This document shows positions 28,447 through 37,685 of a stretch of 64,000 nucleotides of DNA, in pieces. The stretch covers positions 8,065 through 72,064 of the forward strand of contig JACTMU010000079.1 of assembly GCA_014584465.1 (NCBI GenBank). The letters run 5' to 3'. The DNA comes from Pseudomonadota bacterium (GTDB lineage Bacteria; Bdellovibrionota; Bdellovibrionia; Bdellovibrionales; JACTMU01). The notes beneath the pieces are model-generated. The model saw only the letters and a list, made by a program, of their open reading frames with translations. It made no database searches and had not been told where the DNA came from. The position numbers were made by a program, and so were the translations under genes. How positions within the stretch are numbered: position 1 is the first letter of the stretch; the number at the start of each line of letters is the position of its first letter.

Positions 28447-28908
28447 CTATAGACCAAGTTTTTCAATGGTTCGGGTCGTCGATCTTCCCTCGACCAACGG
28501 AAGCGACCGCGCCTCCCCTCCGTAAGATCTTACAAAATCACTTCCCACAATCTTCTCAACGGGCCAGTCGCCCCCCTTCACCAAAACATCGGGGCGAATC
28601 AGCTTGATAAGCTCTAATGGAGTGTCCTCATCAAAGAGAGTTACAAAATCGACGCATCTTAAGGCATCTAGAATCTCACATCGATCGACTTCGCTCTGAA
28701 TGGGACGCTGTTCGCCCTTAAGACGCTTCACACCTTGATCACTATTTACAGCCACGATGAGGACTCCTCCAAGTCGAGAAGCCTCTTGCAGGAGTCGAAT
28801 GTGTCCAACATGAAGTAGATCAAAACACCCATTGGTAAAGACAATTTTTTTACCTTGAACTCGCAGAGTCTTTAAGATTTCAGTTAAGAAAGTTTGATTG
28901 ACGACCAA
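28447..28908 (-). CDS. D-beta-D-heptose 1-phosphate adenylyltransferase (RfaE domain II-like cytidylyltransferase)
   Basis: FTNGCFDLLHVGHIRLL, VAVNSD and DVLVKGGDW motifs. Confidence 0.85.
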   Translation of the reverse strand: MVVNQTFLTEILKTLRVQGKKIVFTNGCFDLLHVGHIRLLQEASRLGGVLIVAVNSDQGVKRLKGEQRPIQSEVDRCEILDALRCVDFVTLFDEDTPLELIKLIRPDVLVKGGDWPVEKIVGSDFVRSYGGEARSLPLVEGRSTTRTIEKLGL

Positions 28909-28963
28909 CTTCCCCTCCTCAGAATCAATGAGCTGATCTTACAACAGCAGTGAGCCTCATAAC

Positions 28964-29851
28964 TTACGACTGAAAGCCATAGAGCGAAAGGCCACAGATG
29001 GTGCCGGCCAAGTCTCGTCGAAAGATGATGGAAAGAAGAGGTAAAAAGACGAACCCTGTCACAACTTGAATCACCATGCGAGCCAAAACTCGAAACGGAT
29101 AACTCAACTTCTTTTGATCTCCATCCTGTCCCAGTTGCAAATCAAATGCCCACTCACCCAGTGAGGCTCCAAAGAAACTTCGAGAGAGCACCATGTACAT
29201 CCCCCAAACTGCAAAAAGCAGAAGAGCAAGACTTGCTTGAGTCATCCGATCCACTTGAATATGTGAGAGAACAGTCGCAAGATTGAGATCCGTCACAAAG
29301 AGGAGCGACGCCACAAACATCAGAGAAAGTGCAAAGATCAAAATCCCATCAAGAAGGGCTGCAGATAGTGAACAGGGAACCATCTGAAGCCGAACCCTTC
29401 GAGGGCTCTGAGGACTCCCCTTTCTTGTTTGATCCTTTGTGGACGCACTGGGCAGCTTATCTAAGATGGTTGTGCTCAAAGGTAAAGAGGGGTTGTAGCC
29501 CACAGTTGCAGCTGAAGCTGTCTTGCTGGATCCAAAAATTTGACTTTGCGCAGGCGCACCCTCAACGGGCGATTTACGGGGAAGGGGAGCACTCCTTTTA
29601 CGACTGTAGTTCCGACGTTCACGCAAAGGATCGACGGCGGGGCTTGCCAAATCCTCTCGCATCTCAGAAAGGAGCGACTTCGCACTCGGAACATCCTCCT
29701 TGGGGAGTCCCTCAAAGAGTGGTGGAACAACAGCTGGCTTGAGCTCTCCATCCGAGAGCGAGGAACTCTCCTCTTTGAGTTTTGCGCGCTTCTTATGAAA
29801 GCCTAAACCTTGAGTCAGTGGTTTAAACTCAAACTCATCAAATGGATCCAT
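28964..29851 (-). CDS. Probable RDD-family membrane protein with a disordered N-terminal half
   Basis: The C-terminal half has three transmembrane segments and ends with FRRDLAGTICGL, as in RDD domains. The N-terminus is Pro/Ser-rich. Confidence 0.45.
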   Translation of the reverse strand: MDPFDEFEFKPLTQGLGFHKKRAKLKEESSSLSDGELKPAVVPPLFEGLPKEDVPSAKSLLSEMREDLASPAVDPLRERRNYSRKRSAPLPRKSPVEGAPAQSQIFGSSKTASAATVGYNPSLPLSTTILDKLPSASTKDQTRKGSPQSPRRVRLQMVPCSLSAALLDGILIFALSLMFVASLLFVTDLNLATVLSHIQVDRMTQASLALLLFAVWGMYMVLSRSFFGASLGEWAFDLQLGQDGDQKKLSYPFRVLARMVIQVVTGFVFLPLLSIIFRRDLAGTICGLSLYGFQS

Positions 29852-29916
29852 AGATCAAACCTCCCGAGGTTGGCCCTTCACGATCTCAAACCAAAGAGCG
29901 TCGCGTTACATAGCGA

Positions 29917-30687
29917 CTAGCAACGCATGAGATCGAACTCATATTTTATGATGCCTATCAAAGCCACGCAAGCCGTTTCCACACGAAGGACCTCCCGGCC
30001 CATTGTGACTGGGCTCAGCGAAAATTTCGAGAAGAGGGAAACCTCGCCATCGGTAAAACCACCTTCGCTTCCCACAAAGAGCCAAATGGCCTCAGTTTTC
30101 GATCCTTGGGCCAGACCGGGCCCCGGCTCTCTCAAAAAATCCTTGATCGCAAGCGCCTCCTGACCCTCATAGGCAAAGAGACCCCTCGTACGCTCAGCCT
30201 GGTTAAACTCCGTCAAAACATGACTCAAATCTTGAGGACTTGAAACCTCCATCAGGTGTCCGCGCCCACATTGACGACTGGCCGAAAGGACAATTCTCTC
30301 CCATCTCTCTCTTCTATTCTCCAAGACTCGACGATCCTTTGAGAAACAACGCTCAGTGCACACAGGCAAAAGCCGAGTCACCCCGAGCTCGACCATCTTC
30401 TCCACAACGTCATCCATAACCGGAAAACGTGAAATCCCTAACGCCAAGTGGATCAAAGGCTTTCGAGCATCCCCCAAATATCGAGGCGACTCCATCACGA
30501 TCGCCAGAGCCTCCCTCTTTCCAACCTTTTTCAACTCAACCAAGTAGATGCGATCACCGTCGGTCACCATCTCAAAACGATCGCCTACCTCATGACGGCA
30601 GACCACGCAGATGTGGTGAAAGAGATCCCCCTCAATTCGAATCCCATCCTGTCCGATCGCCTTTTGCTCAATCCAATAGCGCCTCAT
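29917..30687 (-). CDS. rsmE: 16S rRNA (uracil1498-N3)-methyltransferase RsmE
   Basis: The start is taken at MRRYWIEQ..., an ATG that overlaps the prmA stop (ATGA). C-terminal SPOUT motifs LFVGSEGGF and LRVETA. Confidence 0.85.
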   Translation of the reverse strand: MRRYWIEQKAIGQDGIRIEGDLFHHICVVCRHEVGDRFEMVTDGDRIYLVELKKVGKREALAIVMESPRYLGDARKPLIHLALGISRFPVMDDVVEKMVELGVTRLLPVCTERCFSKDRRVLENRRERWERIVLSASRQCGRGHLMEVSSPQDLSHVLTEFNQAERTRGLFAYEGQEALAIKDFLREPGPGLAQGSKTEAIWLFVGSEGGFTDGEVSLFSKFSLSPVTMGREVLRVETACVALIGIIKYEFDLMRC

Positions 30688-31544
30688 CCCCGCCCTTTTT
30701 GCAAACAATAGGAGACCCACTCTCCACATTCTTGCTGTTCTACCAACTTGAGTGAAGTCCCTGCCATGAACTCCTTCAAGAAAACCTCTCCATCTGCGAC
30801 CAGCAGACCAGAGAGAATGAGATGTCCATTGGTTTGCACTGCATTTACAAGATAGGACTTTAACTCTCGAAGGGTATTTTCAACGATGTTGGCCACAACC
30901 AGATCAAACTTCTCCCCGATTCTCTCGATGGGGGTGTCACAGATCTCGATGGAACCGAGATGATTCTTCTCCACATTTTCCCGACAGACACGCAGAGCCT
31001 CAGGATCATGGTCAATGGCCAAAACTCGTGAGCTTCCCTCTAAAGAGGCCACCATGGCCAAAATCCCAGTTCCCGTTCCTACATCAAGAACCGTACGACC
31101 ATGGGCCCTTCCCAGAAGAAGAGCCGCCGCCATCTTGGTCGTCTCGTGCGTTCCAGTACCAAACGCCATTCCAGGATCCATCCTTAAAGCCACGGTCGCC
31201 TCATTGGGGAGATCACACCAACTCGGAACAATCCAATAGGGCTCCTTCAAAACAAAAGGAGAAAAACTCTCCTTCCACTCGGCGAGCCAATCGCGAGAGG
31301 TCTCAACACTCCCCTCACACCTGAGGTTTGCAGTGATCGCTCTTAACTGAGAATAAAACTCCGCTTCTGGAGCATGAGCAAAGTAGATGGTCAGGTTGGT
31401 CGTCAAACCAGAAGCCTCCACAAAGGCCGAGGCACTCACCTGCTCTTCGATCCCCAAAGCACTCCACTCAAAACAGAGCTGTGAAACCCTCTCGTAGGCC
31501 TCCTCCTCAACTCCAAACAGGGTCAACCGATAAAATGATTCCAT
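30684..31544 (-). CDS. prmA: Ribosomal protein L11 methyltransferase PrmA
   Basis: DPGMAFGTGTHETT and VLDVGTGTGILA motifs. Confidence 0.9.
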   Translation of the reverse strand: MESFYRLTLFGVEEEAYERVSQLCFEWSALGIEEQVSASAFVEASGLTTNLTIYFAHAPEAEFYSQLRAITANLRCEGSVETSRDWLAEWKESFSPFVLKEPYWIVPSWCDLPNEATVALRMDPGMAFGTGTHETTKMAAALLLGRAHGRTVLDVGTGTGILAMVASLEGSSRVLAIDHDPEALRVCRENVEKNHLGSIEICDTPIERIGEKFDLVVANIVENTLRELKSYLVNAVQTNGHLILSGLLVADGEVFLKEFMAGTSLKLVEQQECGEWVSYCLQKGRG

Positions 31545-31604
31545 AATAGAGATGGGAAATAGCAGAGTGGAGCAAAGAGATGCAAGCTAAAACCCAGATC
31601 CGGA

Positions 31605-32171
31605 TCAAATCTCCATCATGGAAGAGGCCACAGTGTCTGATTCTGGCAGTTGAGGTAAGGACTCCTCAATCGAACCCTCATCATCATTCAGAGCTCCCTT
31701 CGTTTCTTTTACGGGCAACTCTATGGCGACACTGGAAAGATCGACACTATCGCCGATCATCACAGTCGCATAATCGAGCATGGGCAGGTTTTGCCTCGAT
31801 ATGGTCGAGAAAAAACGAGCCACCGCGATTCGTTTTTGGACAAAAATGATTTTGAGTTTCCCAACCGGGACGACCAAATCTCCCACAGGCTTATTTGCTG
31901 GGCCGTTATGAAGGGTCAATTTTCGAGTCAACGTCACGATCATCCCCTCTTTGAGACCAACTTCTGCCCCACCGTTGAGGTAGTAATCCTTGTAGGAGAT
32001 ATCTGCAGCGTCCAGCAAAAGGTTCTTTCGAATCTCAATCACTGTGACCTCGTCGGCAACGGCCGTTTTAAAATCACCGAGAATAAGTGCCCCTAGAATG
32101 AGGCCAGATCGAAGAAGAATATCGGGAAATTTCAAGCGATTCGTCATCGTCACCCTCCTTGGACGAATCAC
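31605..32171 (-). CDS. Hypothetical exported protein
   Basis: 188-aa ORF with a hydrophobic N-terminal segment GLILGALILG. It lies downstream of fliW. I recognise no family for it. Confidence 0.5.
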   Translation of the reverse strand: MIRPRRVTMTNRLKFPDILLRSGLILGALILGDFKTAVADEVTVIEIRKNLLLDAADISYKDYYLNGGAEVGLKEGMIVTLTRKLTLHNGPANKPVGDLVVPVGKLKIIFVQKRIAVARFFSTISRQNLPMLDYATVMIGDSVDLSSVAIELPVKETKGALNDDEGSIEESLPQLPESDTVASSMMEI

Positions 32172-32282
32172 CTTCCGTGGCCTCTGTTTTCACGTCATCC
32201 TGACGATGATAACAGCCTATCGGCTCAATGGGACGTGAAGTTTAACCACAAAAAAGAATCAAGCTTGAAATCAGGCTTCCGT

Positions 32283-32822
32283 CTATCCCTCAACCATTGG
32301 TGGTCGAGTTGCAGAATCAGGAATACGAATGGCAACAGATCGATCCTCAGAGTGACCCTTAAGAGCTTTGCTGGGACTTTGAACCACCCTCTGTTGAAGA
32401 CGAGCAAAAATGGGTTCTCTGATGGCAAGGCTGTTGTCCTGAAGGACACATTGACGAGCGCGTCGTTTGGCCACATTGATCACGACTGGGGCCTTGAAGT
32501 TGGCCGTCATCTGAGTAGGATCAGCGGGAATGGTGATGATCAAGAAACTTCTGGCCTTCATCGGATCGTCCAAACCAAGAACCTCAAGGTCACTCTTGAC
32601 AAGGTCCACGTGGTAATCCGTCGCAAAAAGTTCTGGCTCCAAAACAGGAAAGGCAACGTCGGGCTCCTCACAACTTTGAAGCCACGCAAATATCTCATCA
32701 TTGGGATCATCGAGGAGGACAAATTTTCGAAGGTTTCCAAAGCCCAAAAGACCCTCTGGGAATTGAAGTAGGTCTTCCTCCATAAGTTCCATGCTCCCAA
32801 ATCGAGATGTCACTACCTTCAT
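32283..32822 (-). CDS. fliW: Flagellar assembly factor FliW (CsrA antagonist)
   Basis: FPEGLLGFGNLRKFVLLD...FAWLQS...AFPVLEP..F..DY and NFKAPVVIN motifs. It has a C-terminal extension of about 35 aa. Confidence 0.9.
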   Translation of the reverse strand: MKVVTSRFGSMELMEEDLLQFPEGLLGFGNLRKFVLLDDPNDEIFAWLQSCEEPDVAFPVLEPELFATDYHVDLVKSDLEVLGLDDPMKARSFLIITIPADPTQMTANFKAPVVINVAKRRARQCVLQDNSLAIREPIFARLQQRVVQSPSKALKGHSEDRSVAIRIPDSATRPPMVEG

Positions 32823-32997
32823 CGAAGCCCCCCCTTATGAGTTATCTCTCGCAATCCAATAACCCTACCTCTCTTGAGGATGCACACAAAAGGTAGACAC
32901 CGCAAGACATAATATCGGGAAACTGCCGCTGCGTGTTATTTTAAATGGAGTGAACCTCTCCCGTTTTTGGCCCTCAATGGAACCAAAAAGCGGGTTG

Positions 32998-33225
32998 CTA
33001 CGACTTCAGCAACTTTGCAACGGCCCTGGTACTGTCCGAGGTCGCCTGAACGGAGACCTTGTTTTGATCCTGAATCGCTAAATAGACCTCTTCACGATGG
33101 ATCTTCGTTTCGCGTGGAGCCTCAATTCCTAATCGGACCTGCTTTCCTTTAATCTGAACCACACGAATCTTAATGTGATCATCGATGGCAATGCTTTCAC
33201 CAAGTTTTCGAGTTAATACAAGCAT
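32998..33225 (-). CDS. csrA: Carbon storage regulator CsrA
   Basis: The start is taken at the internal [48 protein letters not shown], whose ATG at 33225 is preceded by AAGGAGAAG. Confidence 0.92.
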   Translation of the reverse strand: MLVLTRKLGESIAIDDHIKIRVVQIKGKQVRLGIEAPRETKIHREEVYLAIQDQNKVSVQATSDSTRAVAKLLKS

Positions 33226-33348
33226 CTTAGACTTCTCCTTCAACATCCTAGTCAAAGTTCCAACCCAAATGTCCCATTTGCATCTAAGCTGGCGCTTTTT
33301 CCTATCCTCTTCAACGGCAGAAAAAGAGCAGAACATTAGCTATTATTT

Positions 33349-34425
33349 CTATCTAAGAAAGTCAAGTAGACTTGGCTGGACCATTTTCCCGGAAGTGGCA
33401 AGAGTTGCCTTGAGAGTTGTTTCCGACTTATTAAGATCATTGACCGTGGAAAAGAGATCTGCGTCTTCAAGTTGAGACTGAGTGATCTTTGAGTTGATTT
33501 TCGATTTATCTAGAGTTTCCGATGCATTATTTAAGCCCATGATCCGAGCCCCGAGCTGTGAACGAGAAAGGATCACCTGCTCCAAGGCCTCGTCCAAGAA
33601 ATCAAGGGATTCATGAATGGTTCTCTTATCGCCAGTCCGAAGGCCCGCCTCAAGCTCCTTGAGCACCTTAAAGAGATTCACTCCTTGAGAAGAGTCCTCC
33701 TCTTCTTTGAAACCAGCGGGAGGACTCTCAACGCTCGAGCTAGCTGGTCCTCGAAAAACGAGCTCTTCACTTTGTTCTGGTGAAACCTCTCCATTTGGTT
33801 TTGGGCTGCGATCCCCGAGAGCCCCATTTCCTGGTGGCTGGGAACCACCCTGATTTCGCAGTCGGGCCGACGCCAACGATTCTCCATGAAAGAGCTCACT
33901 CCCTGGTATGTTGATATGAACAAAACCATCTTTATTGGTCTGAATCAAAATGGTTCCATCATCACCGCGATAACCACCTTTGGAATCAAATGGCGCCTCT
34001 AAAGTCTTGTACCCTCCGAACAAAAATCGATCACCCAATTTTCGATTCCCTATCTGCACAACCTGTGCGAAGAGCTGCTCCACCTCAGTGGCTGAGACCT
34101 TTCGTGTGGTCTCGTTGGAACTTGCATCGTTTGCCTGGCTCAATGCGAGTTCCTTGGCCCTGAGCAGTGTTTCCGTCAACTCGCCCATCGATTGATCGGC
34201 ATACTCCAAGAACGAACGAGCGTAGTCAGCGTTCTTCTTGTACTGATCCATTCCGGACACTTCAGTTCGCTCTACAAGCACGCGAGCTGCTGCAAGAGGA
34301 TCATCGGCAGGGCGATTGACACGCTTTTGTGTGGATGCCTGTGTTTGAAGCTTGGAAAGATCACTTCGATTCTTTGAAAGACTTGAATTGATCTGATCAT
34401 AAATCGACTTATCTGCAATTCTCAT
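33349..34425 (-). CDS. flgL: Flagellar hook-associated protein 3 FlgL
   Basis: Flagellin-like N-terminus (MRIADKSIY...RPADDPLAAARVL) and C-terminus, with a Gly/Pro-rich central insert. Confidence 0.85.
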   Translation of the reverse strand: MRIADKSIYDQINSSLSKNRSDLSKLQTQASTQKRVNRPADDPLAAARVLVERTEVSGMDQYKKNADYARSFLEYADQSMGELTETLLRAKELALSQANDASSNETTRKVSATEVEQLFAQVVQIGNRKLGDRFLFGGYKTLEAPFDSKGGYRGDDGTILIQTNKDGFVHINIPGSELFHGESLASARLRNQGGSQPPGNGALGDRSPKPNGEVSPEQSEELVFRGPASSSVESPPAGFKEEEDSSQGVNLFKVLKELEAGLRTGDKRTIHESLDFLDEALEQVILSRSQLGARIMGLNNASETLDKSKINSKITQSQLEDADLFSTVNDLNKSETTLKATLATSGKMVQPSLLDFLR

Positions 34426-34441
34426 CGACTCTTACCATATT

Positions 34442-35866
34442 CTACCGTTTGATATTCAAAACCGTTTCGAGCATCTCATCAGCTGTGCGAATCAGTCGTG
34501 CTGAGGCATCAAAAGTTTTCTGATACTCAATCATCTTGGTTGTCTCTTCATCAAGACTCACACCACTGATGCTGTCCCTGATCTTGTCCAGTTGGGCCAC
34601 AATTGACCGCTGCGACTCCACCAATCCATCGGCCTTTCTCGACATGATTCCAACTCGACCCACAATGCTATTGTAATGATCATCCAGGGTGGCCGTTCCA
34701 CCATTCATAATCTTCTGATATTGAATGGAGGAGATCGCATTGGCAATACGATTATCCCCTGGGGCCCCCATCTGGGTGGCGGAGGCGATGTGACGTACAT
34801 CCTTTGCGATGAGAGGATCAATACTCAACCTTTCGGCAGCATCATGGACCCCCTGCAGTGGTGTAAAGAAGGCTCTCCCTCTTTGATCGAAGCTGTCATA
34901 TCCCTGCACATGAAGCTTGTTGACCTCTCTTGCAAGTGAAAATGCCATCTCATCAACTTCTGAGATCAAGCCGTTGATAACCTCATCGCGAACATCCAAA
35001 ATCCCCCCAATGGTTCCACCTCGAATCTGTCTGGTAACGACGAATGGAGTACCTTGATCTCCCATCGTCATATAGACATCGACATTTCCCTCCCGCTTTC
35101 CTTCTCGACCTGTAGAGGGACGCACCTTAAGCTCCATAGCGTCATATCCCGACACCAAAACCACGGAGTCACCGGCCATCACGGTCACCTGCCCCGTATC
35201 ACTTTCGGCGTATCGAATGTTCAATCGTTTCGACAACTCTTTTAAGAGAAGCTCTCTGCGGTCACGCTCATCATTGGCAACGCCTCCTGTGAGTTCTGCC
35301 ATTTGAATCTTTTCATTCAAAGTTGCGATCTCAGATCCAATCTCGTTCACCTCGGAAATCTGCGAGATGATTTGACGATCAATGTCGTCCTGAATGCTCT
35401 TGAGCTGTCGGCTGACTCTCTGAAAATCCTTAGACATGTAGAACCCGGACTCTTTGACCAATGTTCGTGTTGCAAGACTCTCAGGATTGACCGACATCTC
35501 CCGAAAGGCATTGAAGAAATCAGATATGAACTGATTGAGCCCTTTGGTAATCTGTTCATTGTAGACATCCTCGACTCGAGCAAGAGTTTCGGCACGGCCT
35601 TCCGCCATCCCCATATGGTTGGCCTCCTTCTGGATCTGCTTTTCGAGGTATTCGTTGTTGATCCGAGTGATCGAAGATGTGGTGGCACCGGTTCCGACAC
35701 GAAGACGGCCTGACCCTATGGGGGGATTGCTCTGTTGTTCCACTCTTTGCCGTGAATAGCCTTCCGTCGATTTGTTGGCGATGTTGTGACCCACGACTTG
35801 AAGTGCCGTTTGGCTGTTCATGAGGGATCGTCTGCCAACGTCAAGCATTCCTGAGATTTTAGACAT
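34442..35866 (-). CDS. flgK: Flagellar hook-associated protein 1 FlgK
   Basis: N-terminus LDVGRRSLMNSQTALQVVGHNIAN and C-terminus EETTKMIEYQKTFDASARLI. Confidence 0.92.
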   Translation of the reverse strand: MSKISGMLDVGRRSLMNSQTALQVVGHNIANKSTEGYSRQRVEQQSNPPIGSGRLRVGTGATTSSITRINNEYLEKQIQKEANHMGMAEGRAETLARVEDVYNEQITKGLNQFISDFFNAFREMSVNPESLATRTLVKESGFYMSKDFQRVSRQLKSIQDDIDRQIISQISEVNEIGSEIATLNEKIQMAELTGGVANDERDRRELLLKELSKRLNIRYAESDTGQVTVMAGDSVVLVSGYDAMELKVRPSTGREGKREGNVDVYMTMGDQGTPFVVTRQIRGGTIGGILDVRDEVINGLISEVDEMAFSLAREVNKLHVQGYDSFDQRGRAFFTPLQGVHDAAERLSIDPLIAKDVRHIASATQMGAPGDNRIANAISSIQYQKIMNGGTATLDDHYNSIVGRVGIMSRKADGLVESQRSIVAQLDKIRDSISGVSLDEETTKMIEYQKTFDASARLIRTADEMLETVLNIKR

Positions 35867-35962
35867 CCTGTCTCCATCTTGAGTCTTACCAAATGATGGT
35901 TAGAATGAGGAGACCCTAGGCTCCATTGCCGAGCAGGCCATCACACCAACCACCCATCGACT

Positions 35963-36493
35963 CTATGCTTCGCGACTCACTAACTTTCCCGAGGGCTGAG
36001 ACAGAGCCGCCTTCTCACCTTGACGTTGATAAACGGAGCCACTCCCCTTGAGCGTGTCGCGAATCGACCCCAGTGCCCCTCGCACATGATTCAAACCTGA
36101 CTGTGCGAGAACACCATTTCGTGCATTGTTCTCATTCACCCGTCTCACCAGGAGATCCAAAACCGAATGGAGATTTCGAAAGCGATCCCCTTGCATTGGA
36201 TCAAGGCCCTTCGCCAAATCCATCAATCGCGGGGCCTCATCTTGAATTCCCAAGAGCTTACCAAGCTCGCGACTCTGCTTGATTCTCAATGATTCCAAAG
36301 ATCGGATCTGCACCAACAAGCTCTCTTTGCCTTCGTTGAGCTTGTCGAGTTCTGCAATGTTGGCCTCTGCAAGAAGATCATATTCTTGCCGAACCAGATC
36401 TAGAAGTCCACGATAGTACTTCACCATCATCTCAAGTGAGGCAATCAACCTTTGACACGCTTCGGGTTTATCTATTGGCTCCATACTTTTCAT
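35963..36493 (-). CDS. flgN: FlgN-family export chaperone
   Basis: 176-aa helical protein between flgM and flgK. The LLDLVRQEYDLLAEANIAELDKL pattern is typical of FlgN. Confidence 0.7.
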   Translation of the reverse strand: MKSMEPIDKPEACQRLIASLEMMVKYYRGLLDLVRQEYDLLAEANIAELDKLNEGKESLLVQIRSLESLRIKQSRELGKLLGIQDEAPRLMDLAKGLDPMQGDRFRNLHSVLDLLVRRVNENNARNGVLAQSGLNHVRGALGSIRDTLKGSGSVYQRQGEKAALSQPSGKLVSREA

Positions 36494-36543
36494 TCCTGTC
36501 CTATCTGTTGATCTATTGCTTCACACGACTTCCTCTAATAAAA

Positions 36544-36864
36544 TCACGAAGGAAACTTCAGATGTTCTTCCACCAATCGATCTGCAACTTTGGATGCATC
36601 CACCTTGTACTCTCCAGCATCAATCATCTTTTGCAATTGAGCCACTTTCGCCTCATTGACGTCGTCGCTCTCTTTAATCAAATCCTTCACCCTCTGAAGT
36701 TCCTTGGCACGATCGGACAGATTGACTTGAACCGAAGAGGATTTTTCAAGATTGGACGCCGGCGCCTCCATTCCTTCCTTCTTCCCAAGTCGTGTTGATG
36801 ACTTCTGCTTTAAACCGTTTAAACCTTGAACCTCAGATCCTAAACTCTCTTTACTGATTTTCAT
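36544..36864 (-). CDS. flgM: Anti-sigma-28 factor FlgM
   Basis: The C-terminal VNEAKVAQLQKMIDAGEYKVDASKVADRLVEEH is typical of FlgM. Confidence 0.85.
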   Translation of the reverse strand: MKISKESLGSEVQGLNGLKQKSSTRLGKKEGMEAPASNLEKSSSVQVNLSDRAKELQRVKDLIKESDDVNEAKVAQLQKMIDAGEYKVDASKVADRLVEEHLKFPS

Positions 36865-37042
36865 ATCTACCTCCTAAGGGTAGTTCTATTTCTACCATTG
36901 TATCATAATGAGACAAATCAACCTAACCCTATGGAGTCGCCTAGGCCTTCGTCGGACTCTCCTGCACCCCTTGACTCGTCGTTCGTCACCAGGCCCTCTT
37001 GCTCCAAAAAGCGGCGCGACCCTGGACCTGAAGCTAGGGATG

Positions 37043-37438
37043 CTACGGATTGGACTTTCGGTTAGCTCCATAGATCGCTAAACCTTGACTGGCCTTCGCT
37101 GGAGATTCCTGCGGTGAAGTTTCCTTAGGAATTCCGAGATGGGAACCATACCGCTCGATGAGCTGATCATAGATCATGTCGGCAAGGCCAACTCCTCCAT
37201 GCTCAGTCCAACTCTCTACATATTTGTTATCCAGTTCACCTTCAAAGATCTTTTCCGCCATTCCTTTTTCAATGAAACCTGACTCACCCACATTCTTTCT
37301 CATCTGACGAACCATCTCCTTGAGGAACTCTCCCTCATAGAGCTTCGCAACCTCTCGAAGTTGACCCTTCTTAGATTCAATCTCGTTTTCGACTTTCCTC
37401 TGAGCACTTAGCATAGACGGCGGTGAATTGATTTTCAT
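37043..37438 (-). CDS. flgJ: Rod-binding protein (FlgJ N-terminal domain-like; no muramidase domain)
   Basis: AKLYEGEFLKEMVRQMRKN and GGVGLADMIYDQL motifs. Confidence 0.75.
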   Translation of the reverse strand: MKINSPPSMLSAQRKVENEIESKKGQLREVAKLYEGEFLKEMVRQMRKNVGESGFIEKGMAEKIFEGELDNKYVESWTEHGGVGLADMIYDQLIERYGSHLGIPKETSPQESPAKASQGLAIYGANRKSNP

Positions 37439-37685
37439 GATATAAGAAAAAGGGGAGTTGAGTCAAAGCACGTCGTGCGTCCTGCACTACACTCTACAAA
37501 GTTTGTCTGTTGCCAATCCTTGGCCACTCTGTGACGAGATACTTTGTTTCCTGCGAAGAAAGAATGTAAAACCTTCCTTGGCTTTCCGACCATGAACCCA
37601 GCCTCCCCCGGCCTCAACACGTCCTGTGTTGATTTGATACACTTTAATTCTATATTCATTTTTGAATTCTAAGAACTTCTTTTTT
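37439..37685 (-). promoter_or_regulatory. Non-coding spacer between flgI and flgJ that is rich in GGA hairpins. Candidate CsrA-binding leader or sponge RNA.
   Basis: There are seven GGA motifs in 145 nt of the minus-strand RNA (37480..37624), and five are in a CA(N)GGA context. Four sit in the loops of short hairpins. The only ORF here (74 aa) lacks a Shine-Dalgarno sequence. Confidence 0.4.

Noticed and set aside
30688-30729. Upstream extensions of the track ORFs for rsmE (to 30729), pilM (to 51927), csrA (to 33336), the protease (to 55983) and the fibrinogen-like protein (from 27243)
   Set aside because: In each case an internal start coincides with the conserved family N-terminus or a signal peptide, and with an SD or an ATGA-type coupling to the upstream gene.
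37435-37659. 74-aa ORF between flgI and the flgJ-like gene, as a protein-coding gene
   Set aside because: It has no Shine-Dalgarno sequence upstream of its ATG and no recognisable family. The region is better explained by GGA-loop hairpins. The ATGA overlap with flgJ-like is the only point in its favour.
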